A DNA stretch of 64,000 nt from Stegostoma tigrinum (Eukaryota), in assembly GCF_030684315.1 (NCBI RefSeq), contig NC_081362.1, positions 96,517,187-96,581,186 on the forward strand, read 5' to 3'. This document shows positions 22,170-35,500 of this stretch, one piece after another. The translations under genes and the position numbers were made by a program. The first letter of the stretch is position 1. Every line of letters starts with the position of its first letter. Under the pieces are notes generated by a model. That model did no database searches. It had not been told where the DNA came from and saw nothing but the letters and a program-made list of their open reading frames with translations.

Positions 22170-24760
22170 TGAACTCAAATAAATTGGTTAAACATAATTT
22201 TTCCTCAACAAGCCCACACAGATTACTTTGACATTTCCTAAGTGTTTTACCATAATATTTTTAAGAATAGCTTCCAACATTTTCCCTCCGACAAATGTTG
22301 AACTAACTGGTCTATTGTTTCCTGATTCTGTCTTAAAAAAAACATGAATCCTTGAATCCATGGAATTTTGGAAATTCAGAATCGATGTGTCAAATATATC
22401 AGCAGCTACTTCTGTTAGGATCCTACAATGATGTCTATCAAGACCCAGACTTGACTGTGTATAGTTCCAACAATTTACTCAGTGCCACTTCCGCAGTGAC
22501 AATAATATTATTGAGTTCCTCCCTCCCTTCCAGTTCCAGGCTTACAGCTATTTCTTGAATATTGTTTGTATCCCCTCTTGTGAAGATCAATGCCTTTTCA
22601 AATCATACTTTCCATTATTATTTCCTCACTTTCATTTCCTACAGCTCCAATATGCAATCGAACATCTTTCTTTACTATAGAATCTCTCACTGATTTATAA
22701 TTCTAGCTAAATTTCTTTCATACTCTAATTTGCTCTCCTTAATAACTTCCAAGCCAATTTTTGTTGTTTTTTTTGTAACCTACCTCTGTAGACCTTTGGC
22801 TATGTCCCATACACCAGTTCACAACAGCTAACTCTGCTTTCATGTCCTCATCATAGCTTTTATTTATGTTTAAAATATTAGCCTTGGACCCACTCCTCTC
22901 CCTCATGCTGAATGTAAAATTTAATCAGAATATGTTCACTGCTACCGAGGGAATGTTTTATCTGTGAGATTACTAATTAATTATATTTTGTTGTACTAAA
23001 CTCCCTGGTTGACTCCAGAATCTGCTGATCCAAAAAATTATCCTAAAAGCATTCCATGAATTCCTAATCGAGGTTACATTAGCCCATCTAAGTTTTGTAG
23101 TTTATATTGAAATTAAAATTCAGCATTGTTATTACAATAACTTTCCAACAAGCTTCTGTTATTTCTCACTCCAGCATTGGCAGTTCTTACATCTCCATTA
23201 TTGCTACCTTTACACTCCAATCAAGCACATGGGCACAGTTGAGGATCCTATATGTCACTTTCAAATGTGAATTCTTATGTTCATCATTTCTTATTTCTAC
23301 ACAAGCTTCTTTTGGCAACCCAGGATGTAAAACTTTGTTCAGCCTTCTGTATCGCGCTCATACCATCATTAGTTAACAGAACAACCACACCACTATTTCC
23401 TGGCTTCCAGTCTGTCTTTTTTTGCTTCGAATGCAAAGTGCATTCAGATAAGACATGCCCTTGAATTTTTGTAGCAGATAGTCTTATCTACTGATAAACA
23501 TTTAGATTGGTTTGGTCTACCCCTTCCTATCATGGTGTGTTTCTCACTTCCTATGTAAAAATGTGCCTCTCTTAACTTTTTTTCACTTTGATGAATTAGT
23601 ACCTCTGCCCAGATTTTAATTCATAAAAATGCCTGGAATGAAGAGTCTAATGATGCCCATGAGGCTGCTGACGCTTGTTGGAGAAACCCATCTGGTTCAT
23701 GAATGTCCTCTAAGGAAGGAAACTTGCCATCCTTACCCAGACTGGCTGACATGTGACTCCAGACCCATAGCAATGTGGTTGATTCTGAATGGCCCTCTGG
23801 GTAATTAGGGGAGGGTAATAAATGCTGACCTAGCCAGCAATGCCCATATCCAGTAAATGAAAAAGAAAACAGTCTCAAATTAGAGAAACTCTCCCTGACT
23901 CATGTTGGATTTCACAATTTAAAAGTTAAAAAACTCTCCCTGACTCATGTTGGCTTTCACAATTTAAAAGTTAAAAAAAACTCTCCCTGACTCATGTTGG
24001 CTTTCACAATTTAAAAGTTAAAAAAAACTCACCCTGACTCATGTTGGCTTTCACAGTTTAAAAGTGGCTGATTGACCTAACACATGTTAAGAAGTTTCTT
24101 CCACAGACTTCCTCTTTACTTTGAGGAAGTAACTTTCTCTTCATTTACAAGAGAAGTTGTGAATTAGGAGCAGGAGACAGCGACATGGACTTTCAGAAAG
24201 ATCCTGGCTCATCACAGAAGTTTGTCACTTCCTTTGTAAACATCTTTCTCTCTCACCATCTTTCTGCTTTATTGATTTGTCACCTCTTCCTAAATTTGAA
24301 CTCTTCATCCAACTTCTCAGTTTTAAGCCCTGTCTTTTACGTTATTTTACAGCTGAGGAGAACATTGTCTCCATCATGGCTCATGTGGAGCCCATCCCAC
24401 TGGTACAAATCCCGTTTGGGATATCTGGAACCCACTTCTCCTACGTCAGTTTAGTGCTGTGCATTGATCTGGCCACTCAGATTTGGCCTGTCTCAGCTTG
24501 CACATGGCTCAGGTGATAATCCAGAGATTTCCTCAAGCCTGGCTATAATTGTGGGAGGTGGTCGGCCAAATAGGCACATTAAAATAATTAGCCCTGTACC
24601 GTCATGAGAAACCTCCTTTGCCATAGATTTGCCTCCTTGTTCCTCCCAGAAATCCCTCCAGAAACCTTTGTTCCTACTTATCTCTGATCTGGTCCTGAAG
24701 TGAGTTGCACATGAGTAACTGCAGAGGCCTCCCCTCCTCCTACTCCCCTCTCCTGACCTC
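22170..24760 (-). mobile_element. Highly decayed CR1 including ORF1 esterase remnant (~24330-24560)
   Basis: The minus strand gives ISGLSPEPCAS and RDLYQWDGLHMS, corresponding to the CR1 ORF1 SGNH-esterase motifs. The interval is interrupted by a SINE and the 23.9-24.2 kb element. Confidence 0.55.
23886..24065. repeat. Tandem repeat, 4 copies of a 45-47 bp unit, each containing TGACTCA
   Basis: Unit ctctccctgactcatgttggctttcacaatttaaaagtta(a)n. TGACTCA starts at 23896, 23941, 23988 and 24035. Confidence 0.95.
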
Positions 24761-25208
24761 CATAATCTGGATAACTTTGATCCCTCAGGGTGAGGTGTTT
24801 GAATATGGTCACTGTACACGAATAAAATACATAGAAGACAAAAGGAGGAAAATGGGATGAAGAAAATTAATGACCGGCTTCTCCTCCATACAAAGTGTCT
24901 GAAGACTGAGAAATTGGGAAAAGTGAGCTGGTGCTTTTCACCCTCTGGTCCAACATGCCCCTAACTTTGTGCTCCAGAAACCTGACAAATACAGTAAAGA
25001 ACTGGGGACACGTTGAGCTGAAAATGCTGTCACTCTCAAGACAACAAACATTATATTTCAAGTGAGAATCAGAAATGACAAGGAATGACCTCCTGTAGCA
25101 CAGCATCTTTCCATTTCATGGAAATTAGTAGCTAGATCTCTCCTGGAGGAACAGCTGTTCTAACTGCCCTGAACCTGCAATTTATCATTTCAAAGGCCAA
25201 CAATATGA

Positions 25209-27641
25209 ACATAGAACATAGAACAGTACAGCACAGAACAGGCCCTTCAGCCCACAATGTTGTGCCGACCATTGATCCTCATGTATGCACCCTCAAATTT
25301 CTGTGACCATATGCATGTCCAGCAGTCTCTTAAATGACCCCAATGACCTTGCTTCCACAACTGCTGCTGGCAACGCATTCCATGCTCTCACAACTCTCTG
25401 CGTAAAGAACCTGCCTCTGACATCCCCTCTATACTTTCCACCAACCAGCTTAAAACTATGACCCCTCGTGCTAGCCATTTCTGCCCTGGGAAATAGTCTC
25501 TGGCTATCAACTCTATCCATGCCTCTCATTATCTTGTATACCTCAATTAGGTCCCCTCTCCTCCTCCTTTTCTCCAATGAAAAGAGACCGAGCTCAGTCA
25601 ACCTCTCTTCATAAGATAAGCCCTCCAGTCCAGGCAGCATCCTGGTAAACCTCCTCTGAACCCTCTCCAAAGCATCCACATCTTTCCTATAATAGGGCGC
25701 CCAGAACTGGACGCAGTATTCCAAGTGCGGTCTAACCAAAGTTTTATAGAGCTGCAACAAGATCTCACGACTCTTAAACTCAATCCCCCTGTTAATGAAA
25801 GCCAAAACACCATATGCTTTCTTAACAACCCTGTCCACTTGGGTGGCCATTTTAAGGGATCTATGTATCTGCACACCAAGATCCCTCTGTTCCTCCACGC
25901 TGCCAAGAATCCTATCCTTAATCCTGTACTCAGCTTTCAAATTCGACCTTCCAAAATGCATCACCTCGCATTTATCCAGGTTGAACTCCATCTGCCACCT
26001 CTCAGCCCATCTCTGCATCCTGTCAATGTCCCGCTGCAGCCTACAACAGCCCTCTACACTGTCAACGACACCTCCGACCTTTGTGTCGTCTGCAAACTTG
26101 CTGACCCATCCTTCAATTCCCTCGTCCAAGTCATTAATAAAAATTACAAACAGTAGAGGCCCAAGGACAGAGCCCTGTGGAACCCCACTCACCACTGGCT
26201 TCCAGGCAGAATATTTTCCTTCTACTACCACTCGCTGTCTTCTGTTGGCCAGCCAATTCTGTATCCAAGCAGCTAAGTTCCCCTGTATCCCATTCCTCCT
26301 GACCTTCTGAATGAGCCTTCCATGGGGAACCTTATCAAATGCCTTACTGAAGTCCATATACACCACATCCACAGCTCGACCCTCATCAACCTTTCTAGTC
26401 ACATCCTCAAAAAACTCGATAAGGTTTGTAAGGCATGACCTACCCCTCACAAAGCCGTGTTGACTGTATTTGATCAAGCCATGCTCTTCCAGATGGTCAT
26501 AAATCTTATCCCTCAGAATCCTTTCTAACACCTTGCAGACGACAGACGTGAGACTTACCGGTCTATAATTGCCGGGAATTTCCCTATTTCCTTTCTTGAA
26601 GAGAGGAATTACATTTGCCTCTCTCCAGTCCTCAGGTACGACTCCAGTGGAGAGCGAGGATGCAAAGATCTTCGCAAGTGGCGAAGCAATTGCATTTCTC
26701 GCTTCCCAAAGCAGCCGAGGACAAATCTGATCCGGGCCTGGCGACTTGTCAATCTTAATGTTTGACAAAATTTTCAGCACATCAGCTTCCTCTATCTCTA
26801 TCCATTCCAGCATGCACACCTGCTCTTCAAAGGTTTCATTCACTACAAAGTTGGTTTCTTTCGTAAAGACAGAAGCAAAAAACTCATTTAGGGCTTCCCC
26901 TACCTCCTCAGGCTCCACACACAAGTTCCCTATGCTATCCCTGATCGGCCCTACTCTTTCTTTGACCATTCTCTTATTCCTCACGTAAGTGTAAAATGCC
27001 TTTGTGTTTTCCCGGATTCCTTCTGCCAAGCCTTTCTCGTGCCCCCTCCTGGCTCTCCTCAGACCATTTTTGAGCTCCTTTCTTGCCTGCATGTAATCCT
27101 CTCTAGCTGAACTTGACCCTAGCTTCCTCCACCTTATGTAAGCTACCTTCTTCCTTTTCACTAGAAGCTCCACCGCTCTCGTCATCCAAGGTTCCTTAAT
27201 CTTACCCCTTCTTGCCTGTCTCAGAGGGACATATTTACTCATCACTCCCAACAACTGTTCCTTAAACCATCTCCACATGTCTATAGTTCCCTTACCATGG
27301 AACAACTGCTCCCAGTCCATGCTTCCTAACTCATGTCTAATCGCATCACAGTTTCCTCTTCCCCAATTAAATATCCTCCCATTCTGCCTAATCCTCTCCT
27401 TCTCCATAGCTATGTAAAATGTGAGGCAGTTATGGTCACTATCACCAAAAAGCTCCCCCACCACAAGATCTGATACCTGCCCTGGCTCGTTTCCGAGCAC
27501 CAAGTCTAGAATGGCCTCTCCCCTCGTCGGCCTGTCAACGTACTGCGTTAGGAAACCCTCCTGAACACACCTTACAAAAACAGCTCCATTCAAATCTTCT
27601 GCTCGAAGGAGGTTCTAATCAATATTAGGAAAGTTAAAGTT
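25209..27641 (-). mobile_element. Young 5'-truncated CR1 LINE with open ORF2 (25293-27593, partial APE endonuclease + RT)
   Basis: 766-aa ORF with LDLVL, SDHN, PGPD, YRPVSLTS, DFSKAFDKV, GVPQGSVLGP and FADD. (CTATGTT)n 3' tail. 7-bp TSD aatatga at 25202-25208 and 27642-27648. Confidence 0.97.
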
Positions 27642-27710
27642 AATATGAGTTTCACTTTGAATATCTCCCTTTGATCCTCGATAGCAACAACTTGACCAAT
27701 TAGGGGAAGT

Positions 27711-27838
27711 AGTATCAGAGACAGTGGGAACTACAGGTGCTGGAGAATCCAAGATAATAAAATGTGAGGCTGGATGAACACAGCAGGCCAAGCAGCATCT
27801 CAGGAGCGCTCCTGAGATGCTGCTTGGCCTGCTGTGTT
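27711..27838. mobile_element. Short Penelope-tail insertion containing a 66-bp perfect palindrome
   Basis: Palindrome at 27775-27840 centred on GAGC|GCTC. 14-bp TSD caattaggggaagt at 27697-27710 and 27839-27852. Confidence 0.85.
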
Positions 27839-28265
27839 CAATTAGGGGAAGTGATGGTTTTGTGCAGATATCTCAAGACTATTAACCCAGAAAACCAGAC
27901 AATGTTCTGGGGACCTGGGCTTGAATCCTGTCTTGGCACATGGTGGAATCTGAATTCAACAAATATCTTGAATTAGGAGTCTAATGATGATCATGAAGCT
28001 ATTGTCAACTGTAAGGGAAAACCTACCTGATTCAGTAATATCTTTTCGTGTCCTTCTCTGGTTTGTGACTCCAGACCCACAGCCATGTGGGTAATTCTTA
28101 TCTTGTGGGCTATTAGGGATGGGCAATAAATGCTGACCTCGAAAGTGATGGTCACATCTTGTGAATGAATATGAACAAAATTTCCTTTCTATTTTCTCGC
28201 CCTAGAAACAATTCTCTCAGTTGAAGCTGTAAACCTTTCTGTTTGGCCCTTTCCCCTCACTGCTC

Positions 28266-28267
<2 letters not shown>

Positions 28268-28342
<75 letters not shown>
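28268..28342. repeat. (GT)n microsatellite with one interruption
   Basis: Directly visible. Confidence 0.98.
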
Positions 28343-28344
<2 letters not shown>

Positions 28345-28820
28345 ATTGAACACATATTCAGTCCACATTTGGTCCACAAGCATGGCCCTATGCTCCTCAT
28401 CACCTCTCTTCTCACCATTCTCAGTCTAACCTATATGTCCGAGCCTCTCACGTATCTCTAAATAAAAGACCAATTTAATCTAAACCAAGCCACCTCCAAC
28501 CATCCAGTCAGCACTGAGCTCAACAATTTCAGATCAGAAGTATGTCTCCAATTTGTTTGCACAGCTGCTGATGGTCACATTTCTGCTCCCCAGACCTTCC
28601 GATCTTACCTTCAGTCAAATTGCACCATCATCCCTTCATTCATTTAATTTCCTTGCCTCCACCCTGTCACAGACCTCCTCTTTAATCCTTCTCCTCTCCA
28701 ACTGTCCCTGACTTTGTCCTTACTGAAAACATGCTGGATAACTAATATTTCCCTGTTCCCTGAAAGGTCACAAACCTGAAACATTAAGTCTGTTTCTTTT
28801 ACTGAAGATGTTACTAGACC

Positions 28821-29299
28821 CCCACTGCATCCCAAAACCAGCCCAGTTCGTCCCCTCCCCCCACTGCATCACACAACCAGCTCAGCTCATCCCCTCCACC
28901 CACTGCATCCCAAAACCAGTCCAGCCTGTCTCTGCCTCCCTAACATGTTCTTCCTCTCACCCATCCCTTCCTCCCACCCCAAGCCGCACCTCCATCTCCT
29001 ACCTACTAACCTCATCCCACCTCCTTGACCTGTCTGTCTTCCCTGGACTGACCTATCCCCTCCCTACCTCCCCACCTATACTCTCCTCTCCACCTATCTT
29101 CTTTTCTCTCCATCTTCGGTCCACCTCCCCCTCTCGGCCTATTTATTCCAGAACCCTCACCCCATCGCCCTCTCTGAAAAAGGGTCTAGGCCCGAAACAT
29201 CAGCTTTTGTGCTCCTGAGATGCTGCTTGGCCTGCTGTGTTCATCCAGCTTCACACTTTGTTATCTTCGATTCTCCAGCATCTGCAGTTCCCATTGTCT
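28821..29299 (+). mobile_element. Penelope-like 3' UTR/tail fragment with TSD
   Basis: Matches 18590-19005. Flanked by atgttac(t/c)agacc at 28808-28820 and 29300-29312. Confidence 0.85.
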
Positions 29300-30034
29300 A
29301 TGTTACCAGACCTGCTGAGTTTCTCCAGCAGCATTTTTTTCAAATTTCAGTTTGCCAGTATCCGCAGTATTTTGCTTTAAGCTTGGTCTTTGAGATCATT
29401 GGATCGAATGGAGGAATGAAAGAGCAGGGGGACGCCATTCAGCTGGACATGGCTCTGTCAGTTCATTGAAAAATTTGCCCAATGAGCCTCACTCCACCTG
29501 CTTACTCCCAAAAACCCAGGAAGCAATTCCTTTGCAAGTGACTGTCCCATTCCCAAGGAATTGCAGATGGAAGCAGAGTGAAACTAAAAGACAAGAGGGT
29601 CAGGAAAGAAAAGATACAAAGAGTCTCAAAAAAAACTCAGAAACATCAGCAAAACGACAACTCCAGATTAAAGGGTCATTCGCGACCATGAACACCAGCA
29701 TCATGATTTGTGGATTAGGTACAGAGCCTACTGCGACAGATGGTCAAATTTGAATTCAATTAAAAAGTGTACACTGGAATAAAATGAACTATTCTAATGG
29801 TGACTATGTAACTGTTGTCAATTGTCACAAAATCCACCTGTACACTAATGTCCTTTAGGGAAGGAAATCTGCTGCCCTTACTGGTCTGGCCTGCGTGTGA
29901 CTCCAGACCCACAGCAACGTGGGTGACTCCTAACTGTCCTCTGGGCAATTAGGGATTGACAATGAATGCTGGCACAGTCAGTGATGCCTACATTCCATAA
30001 ATGAATTAAAAACAAACCACTGGTTTTAATCTGA

Positions 30035-30236
30035 GATAATGGGAATTGCAGATGCTGGAAAATCCAAGATAACAAGTGTGAAGCTGGATGAACACAGCAG
30101 GCCCAGCAGCATCTCAGGAGCACAAAAACTGATGTTTCGGGCCTAGAGGGACTAGGCCTGAAACATCAGCTTTTGTGCTCCTAAGATGCTGCTTGGCCTG
30201 CTGTGTTCATCCAGCTCCACACTTTGTTATATTGTT
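30035..30236. mobile_element. Inverted-repeat (hairpin) Penelope-tail insertion
   Basis: Two inverted tail arms around …gcctagagggactaggc…. TSD ttttaatctga at 30024-30034 and 30237-30247. Confidence 0.8.
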
Positions 30237-32574
30237 TTTTAATCTGATGTGTACATATATGGTGACAAATGCCTGCAGAATCGGGTCAGCAATTTGGGAA
30301 AGGGAGGGGAAGGATGGGGGAGGTGGATTGTGGCGGAGGGGCTTTGAGGGTCCGGGGTGACTTGAACACAGTTATGCATGGTGTAGAAAGCCTGGGGAGG
30401 AAAGGCACAGTTTTGGGTTCCTGACTCCAGGCCTCAGCAGCTCAGACTCCCAATTCACATCAAAGTTTATCATGCTTTCCTTCAAGCAGCTGTGATTTCC
30501 ATTTAATGCAAATTCCCAGGTCAATTCTGAACATGACATAAAAATAAATGTTTATTATGAACACATTGGATTGAGAAACTTCCCCTCACCAAGGTGATGG
30601 CTGAGCAATTTTATCATTTGTTTATTAATCCAGTGACCCAGGGAATGTTCAGGGGATGTCTGGTAGCTGGTGGAGTTTGAATTCAGTAAAAATACCTGGA
30701 ATTAAGAGTCGAATGTTGTCCATGAAGAGATTTACCAGGATGTTGCTGGGTGGAATGTTTGGGTTATAATGAAAGGCTGGGACTTGTTTCACTGGAGGGT
30801 AGGAGGTGACAGTCCGACTTATAGAACTTTATAAAATAATGAGAGGTACAGATAAAGTTAATGGTAGTTGCATTTTTCCTGGGGTGGGTTTTCGAGACTG
30901 GGGACACACTTTTAAGCTGAGAGGAGAGAGATTTTAAAAAAGACACGAGGGGAATATTTTTATCCAGAGTAGTTCACATGGAGAATGAACTTCCTGATGA
31001 AGTGGTGGATGTGGGTAGTATTACAACATTTGAAAGGCATTTTGATAATTCCATGAATAGGAAAGGTTTGGAGGGACATGGACTAGAAGCAGGCAGGTGG
31101 GGCTAGTTTAGTTTGGCATTATGTTCATCAAGGACTGGTTAGCCCAAAGGTTTTGTTTATGAGCTGTATAATTCTGCAATGATGGCTCTACGAAGCTGAT
31201 TGTTGGAGAAACCCAACAGGCTCATGAATGTCTCGGAGACAGTAAGGACAGCAGATGGTGGAAGCCAGAGTCAATAAACATGGAGCTGGACAAGCACGGC
31301 AGGTCAGACAGCATCAGAGGTGCAAGAAAGTCAATGTTTTTTGCTGAAACCCTTCTAGGGACGGAAATCTCCAGTCCTTACCTAATCTGGCCTACCTGTG
31401 ACCCCAGACCAACAGTAATTTGGTTAATTTTCAACTGCCCTTGGGGCAATTAGGGACAAGTAGAAAATACTGTCTTAGCCAACGGCATCCAAATGAAAAA
31501 GAGCAGTCCAAGATTAGAGATGCCATCCCTGACTCCTGCTGGTTTTCACAGGTTTAATTTGGTTGATTGATATTACACATGATAAGGCTTCCTCCACAGA
31601 CTTCCTCCTTATTCTAAGAAAATATCTTTCTCTTCAGTTGCACAAGAAGTTGTGAATTGTCTATCTGCTTTCTGGTCTGTCCATCTGCCTGCCTGTCCGT
31701 CTGCCTGTCTGTCTGTCAGTCTATCTACCTGTTTAGTTGGCATGCAATGCCATAACTATCTAGGAAATGTGAACCCACTCAGCCCAATGACAGGTGGAAG
31801 AGACAACCTAACTGCATTTCTCTAAAACAATCTCCTATTTCCAGTGTAACTGAGTTTGGGATTCTGTTGTCTCTGCTCCTGAGAGCTGGCATTGTGATGA
31901 TATTGTCGGTTTGTGATGTTTCTCTCTACATGTGCTGGCAGCAGTTTCAATGTCACACTGAGCAGGCAGGCTCACACAGAGCTGAAGAAACCCAACAACT
32001 AAATTTAAAGTGATACTAACCAGATTCAGTCAGTAAGTGTGTTTTCGAGCACTGCTTATGGGCCAGGAGTATTCCAGGAATTGCTTCCCCTTTGCAAAAA
32101 ATCCCCTCTTCTCCAAAACCTGCACCTCACCCCTAAAGACTGCCTCCAACTGCCACCTGAAATCCGACTCCTTTTCCTCCCTCCCTGTGTGCTGCATTCC
32201 TGTTCTCTTATGGTCGAACACTTCTTCCCCAGGATCTCCCTCACCCCTCCTTCTGATCAATCTCAGATACCCCATCTCTAGTCTGCTGATCATGGCCTGC
32301 TCAAATCTCAGTATCTAACTAAACTCTGGCTAAACAGATTGGGACTCTGCTCACTGGAGTTTGGAAGAATGAGAAGTGATCGCATTGAAACATATCAGAT
32401 TCTTTCCGGGCTGGATATTGTCAATACTGAGAGGATGTTTCTCCTCATGGGAGAATATATGACCAGAGGGCAAAGTCTTAGAATGAAGGGGTGCTAATTT
32501 AAGACTGAGATGAGGAGGAATTTCTTTTCTCAGAGGGTTGATTCTCTTTGGAATTCTGCCACAGAAGCTAAAGA

Positions 32575-35500
32575 GGTGAGTCATACAGTCATACAACACA
32601 CAAACAGACCTTTAGGTCCAAATGGTTCATACCAACCCTGTTCCCAAACTAAACTCGACCCACGTGCCTGAATTTGAGCCATATTCCTCTAAACCTTCCC
32701 CACCCATAAACTTATCCAAATGTCTTTTAAATGTTGTTACTATTCTTAATTCTATCATTTCTTCTGTAAGTTCATTCCACACATGTGCCACACTCTCTGT
32801 GAAAAAGTTGCCCCTCATGTCTATTTTAAATCATTCTCCTCTCACCTTAAAAATATGCCCCCTGGTTTTGAACTACCCCCACCTTGGGAAGAGACCATTG
32901 TCATTCACCTTATTCATGCCCCTCATGATTTTACAAACTGCAGCCAGGTCACCCCTCAACCTTCTACACTCCAGTGAAAATGTACCAACCTTCCCAGTCT
33001 GTTTTAATACCTCAAACATTCCATTCCCAGCAATATACTGACAAATCTTTGCTGAGCCTTCTGCAGTTCAATAACATCCTTCTGGCAACAGGGTGGCCAT
33101 AATTTCACACAGCACTCCTGAAGAGGCCTCACCACTGTCCTGTGCAACCTCAACATGACGTCTCCAATTCTGTATTCAAAGGACTGAGCTTCGAAGGCAA
33201 GAATTCCAGACACCATCTTAACCACCCTGGTCTATCTGTGACACAACTTTCAAAGATTAAATATTTGAAACCCAAGATCTCTCTGTTCTACAACACTATT
33301 GAGGGCCCTACCGTTAATTGTATAATTCCGTCCTTGTCTGCATTTCCAAAATGCAATCCATCACATTTATTCAAATTAATATCCATCTGACAGTTCCTCA
33401 AACCTTTGACCTTATTGATCAAAATCTATTTGTTATCTTAGATAACCTTCTTCACTGTCCATCGTACCCTCAATTTTGGTGTCATCTGCAAACTTTCTAA
33501 TAGCCTTTCCATTCTCATTCAAATCAATTTTCTAAACGACAAACAGAAGTGGACACAGTATCAATCCCTGTGCAACACTGCTGATAACAGGCCTCTTGTC
33601 CGATCCTCCACCACCAACTGTCTCCAACATAAAGCCAATTATATATTCCATTGGAAGGTTCACCCTGAATTCCATGTGATCGAATTAAAAACTGAAAGAA
33701 CTGCGGATGCTGAATGTCAGTAACAAAAACAAAATGGCTGGAGAAGCTCAGCAGGTCTGGTAGCATCTGTGAAGGAGAAAACAGAGTTAACATTTCGGAC
33801 ACGACTGAGGGAAGGGTATTTAAGTATTAAAAAGAGTAAAATTGGAAATTCATGCATTACTGCTGGAGCTAACTAAGATTTCATTAGAAACAAAAACAGA
33901 ATTTGCTGGTAAATCTTAGCAGGCCTGGCAGAGAGAAGAGAAATCAGACTTGATGTTTCAGGTCCCAATTCCCAGCATTTGGCCCATATCTGTCTAATTC
34001 AGATTCATCGACCCATCATATTCCTTTTAATTGTTGTAAATGTATCAGCCTCCACCACTTCCTCTGTCAGCTCTTTCCACACATGCACCACCCAATGCAG
34101 TAAAAGTTACCCCTCAGGTCCCTTTTAAATCTTTCCACTGTCACCTTAAACCTATGCCCTCTCATATTGGGCTGTCCTACCCTGGAGAAAGGACGTTGGC
34201 TATTCATCCTATCCATGACTCTCGTTATTTTTAAAACTTCTATGAGATCACCCCTCAGCCTCTGATGCTCCTGGGGTATTGCCCTTGCCTATTCAGTTTC
34301 TCCCTCTCCCTCAAACACTCCAACCCTGTCAACACACTTAGAGTTGTTTTCTGAACCCTTTCAAGTTTAACAACATCTTTCCTACAGCAGGGAGACCAGA
34401 ACTGAATGCAGTATTCTAAAAGAGTCCTAACAAATGTTCTGCACAGCCACAACATGGCATCCCAACTCCTAAACTCAATGCACTGGCCAATAAAAGCAAG
34501 CATACCAAATACCTTCTTCTTCACCCTGTCTATCTGTGACTCACTTTCAAGGAACAATGAATCTGCAACCCAAGATCTTGTCGATCAACAACATTCCCCA
34601 GGACCCAACCATTAAATGTATCAGTCCTGCTGTGATTTGCCTTACTAAAATGCAACACCTCACATTTATCTGAATTAAACTCTTTCTGCCATTCCTTGGA
34701 CCATTGGCCCATGTAATTAAGGCCCCATTGTACTTTGAAATAACCTTCATCACTGTTTACTTCATCATCAATTTTGGTACCTTCTGCAAACTTACTAACC
34801 ATACTAATTTTATTCTCATCCAAATAATTTGTGTAAATGACAAAATGCAGTGGGCCTAGCACCAATCCTTGCAGAACGCCACTGGTTAGAGGCCTCCAGT
34901 CTGAAAAGCAATCCTCCACCACCTCCATCTGTCTTCTACCTTCAAGGCAACTTTGTATCTAAATGGCTAGCTCTCCCTGGAATCCATGTGATCTAACATT
35001 GCTAATGAATGTAACAAATTTACAAAATTAGGAGATATTGTTGATAACGAAGAAGGTTATGAAAAATTACAGAGGTACTTTGACCATGTGGGGAAGTGGG
35101 CTAAGGACTGGCAAATGCAATTCAAAACAGATAAGCGTGACGTGTCGCTCTTTGGACGGTCAAAACAAGGTAGGATTTATATTGTCAATGGTAAGGTCCT
35201 GAGGAGTGTTGTGGAACAAAGCGACCTCAGAGTATAAGTACATAGTTCAGTGAAAACGACGTTACAGGTGGACAGGGTGATGACAAAGGTGTTTAACATG
35301 CTGGCCTTAAATAATTGAGGCATTGGGTATCAGAGTTGGGACGTTATGTTACAGTTCTTTAAGTCCTCACTTATAGGGGGCCTCACTTGTAATATTATGT
35401 TCAGTTTCGGTCACCCTGTTATAAGAAAGAGAGAGGTAAACTGGAAAGTGTACAAAGAAGGTTTACGAGGATATTGCCAGGACTAGTAGGCCCAAGTTAG

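Noticed and set aside
23886-24065. Regularly spaced repeats superficially like a CRISPR array
   Set aside because: Head-to-tail tandem with no unique spacers, in eukaryotic context.
24348-24450. Apparent plus-strand exon (ttttacag…gtcagt; AEENIVSIMAHVEPIP)
   Set aside because: The opposite strand encodes CR1 ORF1 esterase motifs (DLYQWDGLH), so it is better explained as a LINE remnant.
25598-26988. Antisense and alternate-frame ORFs over CR1, Penelope and Tx1 elements (and most short ORFs in the track)
   Set aside because: Shadow frames of retroelement coding sequence or chance ORFs, with no domain motifs.
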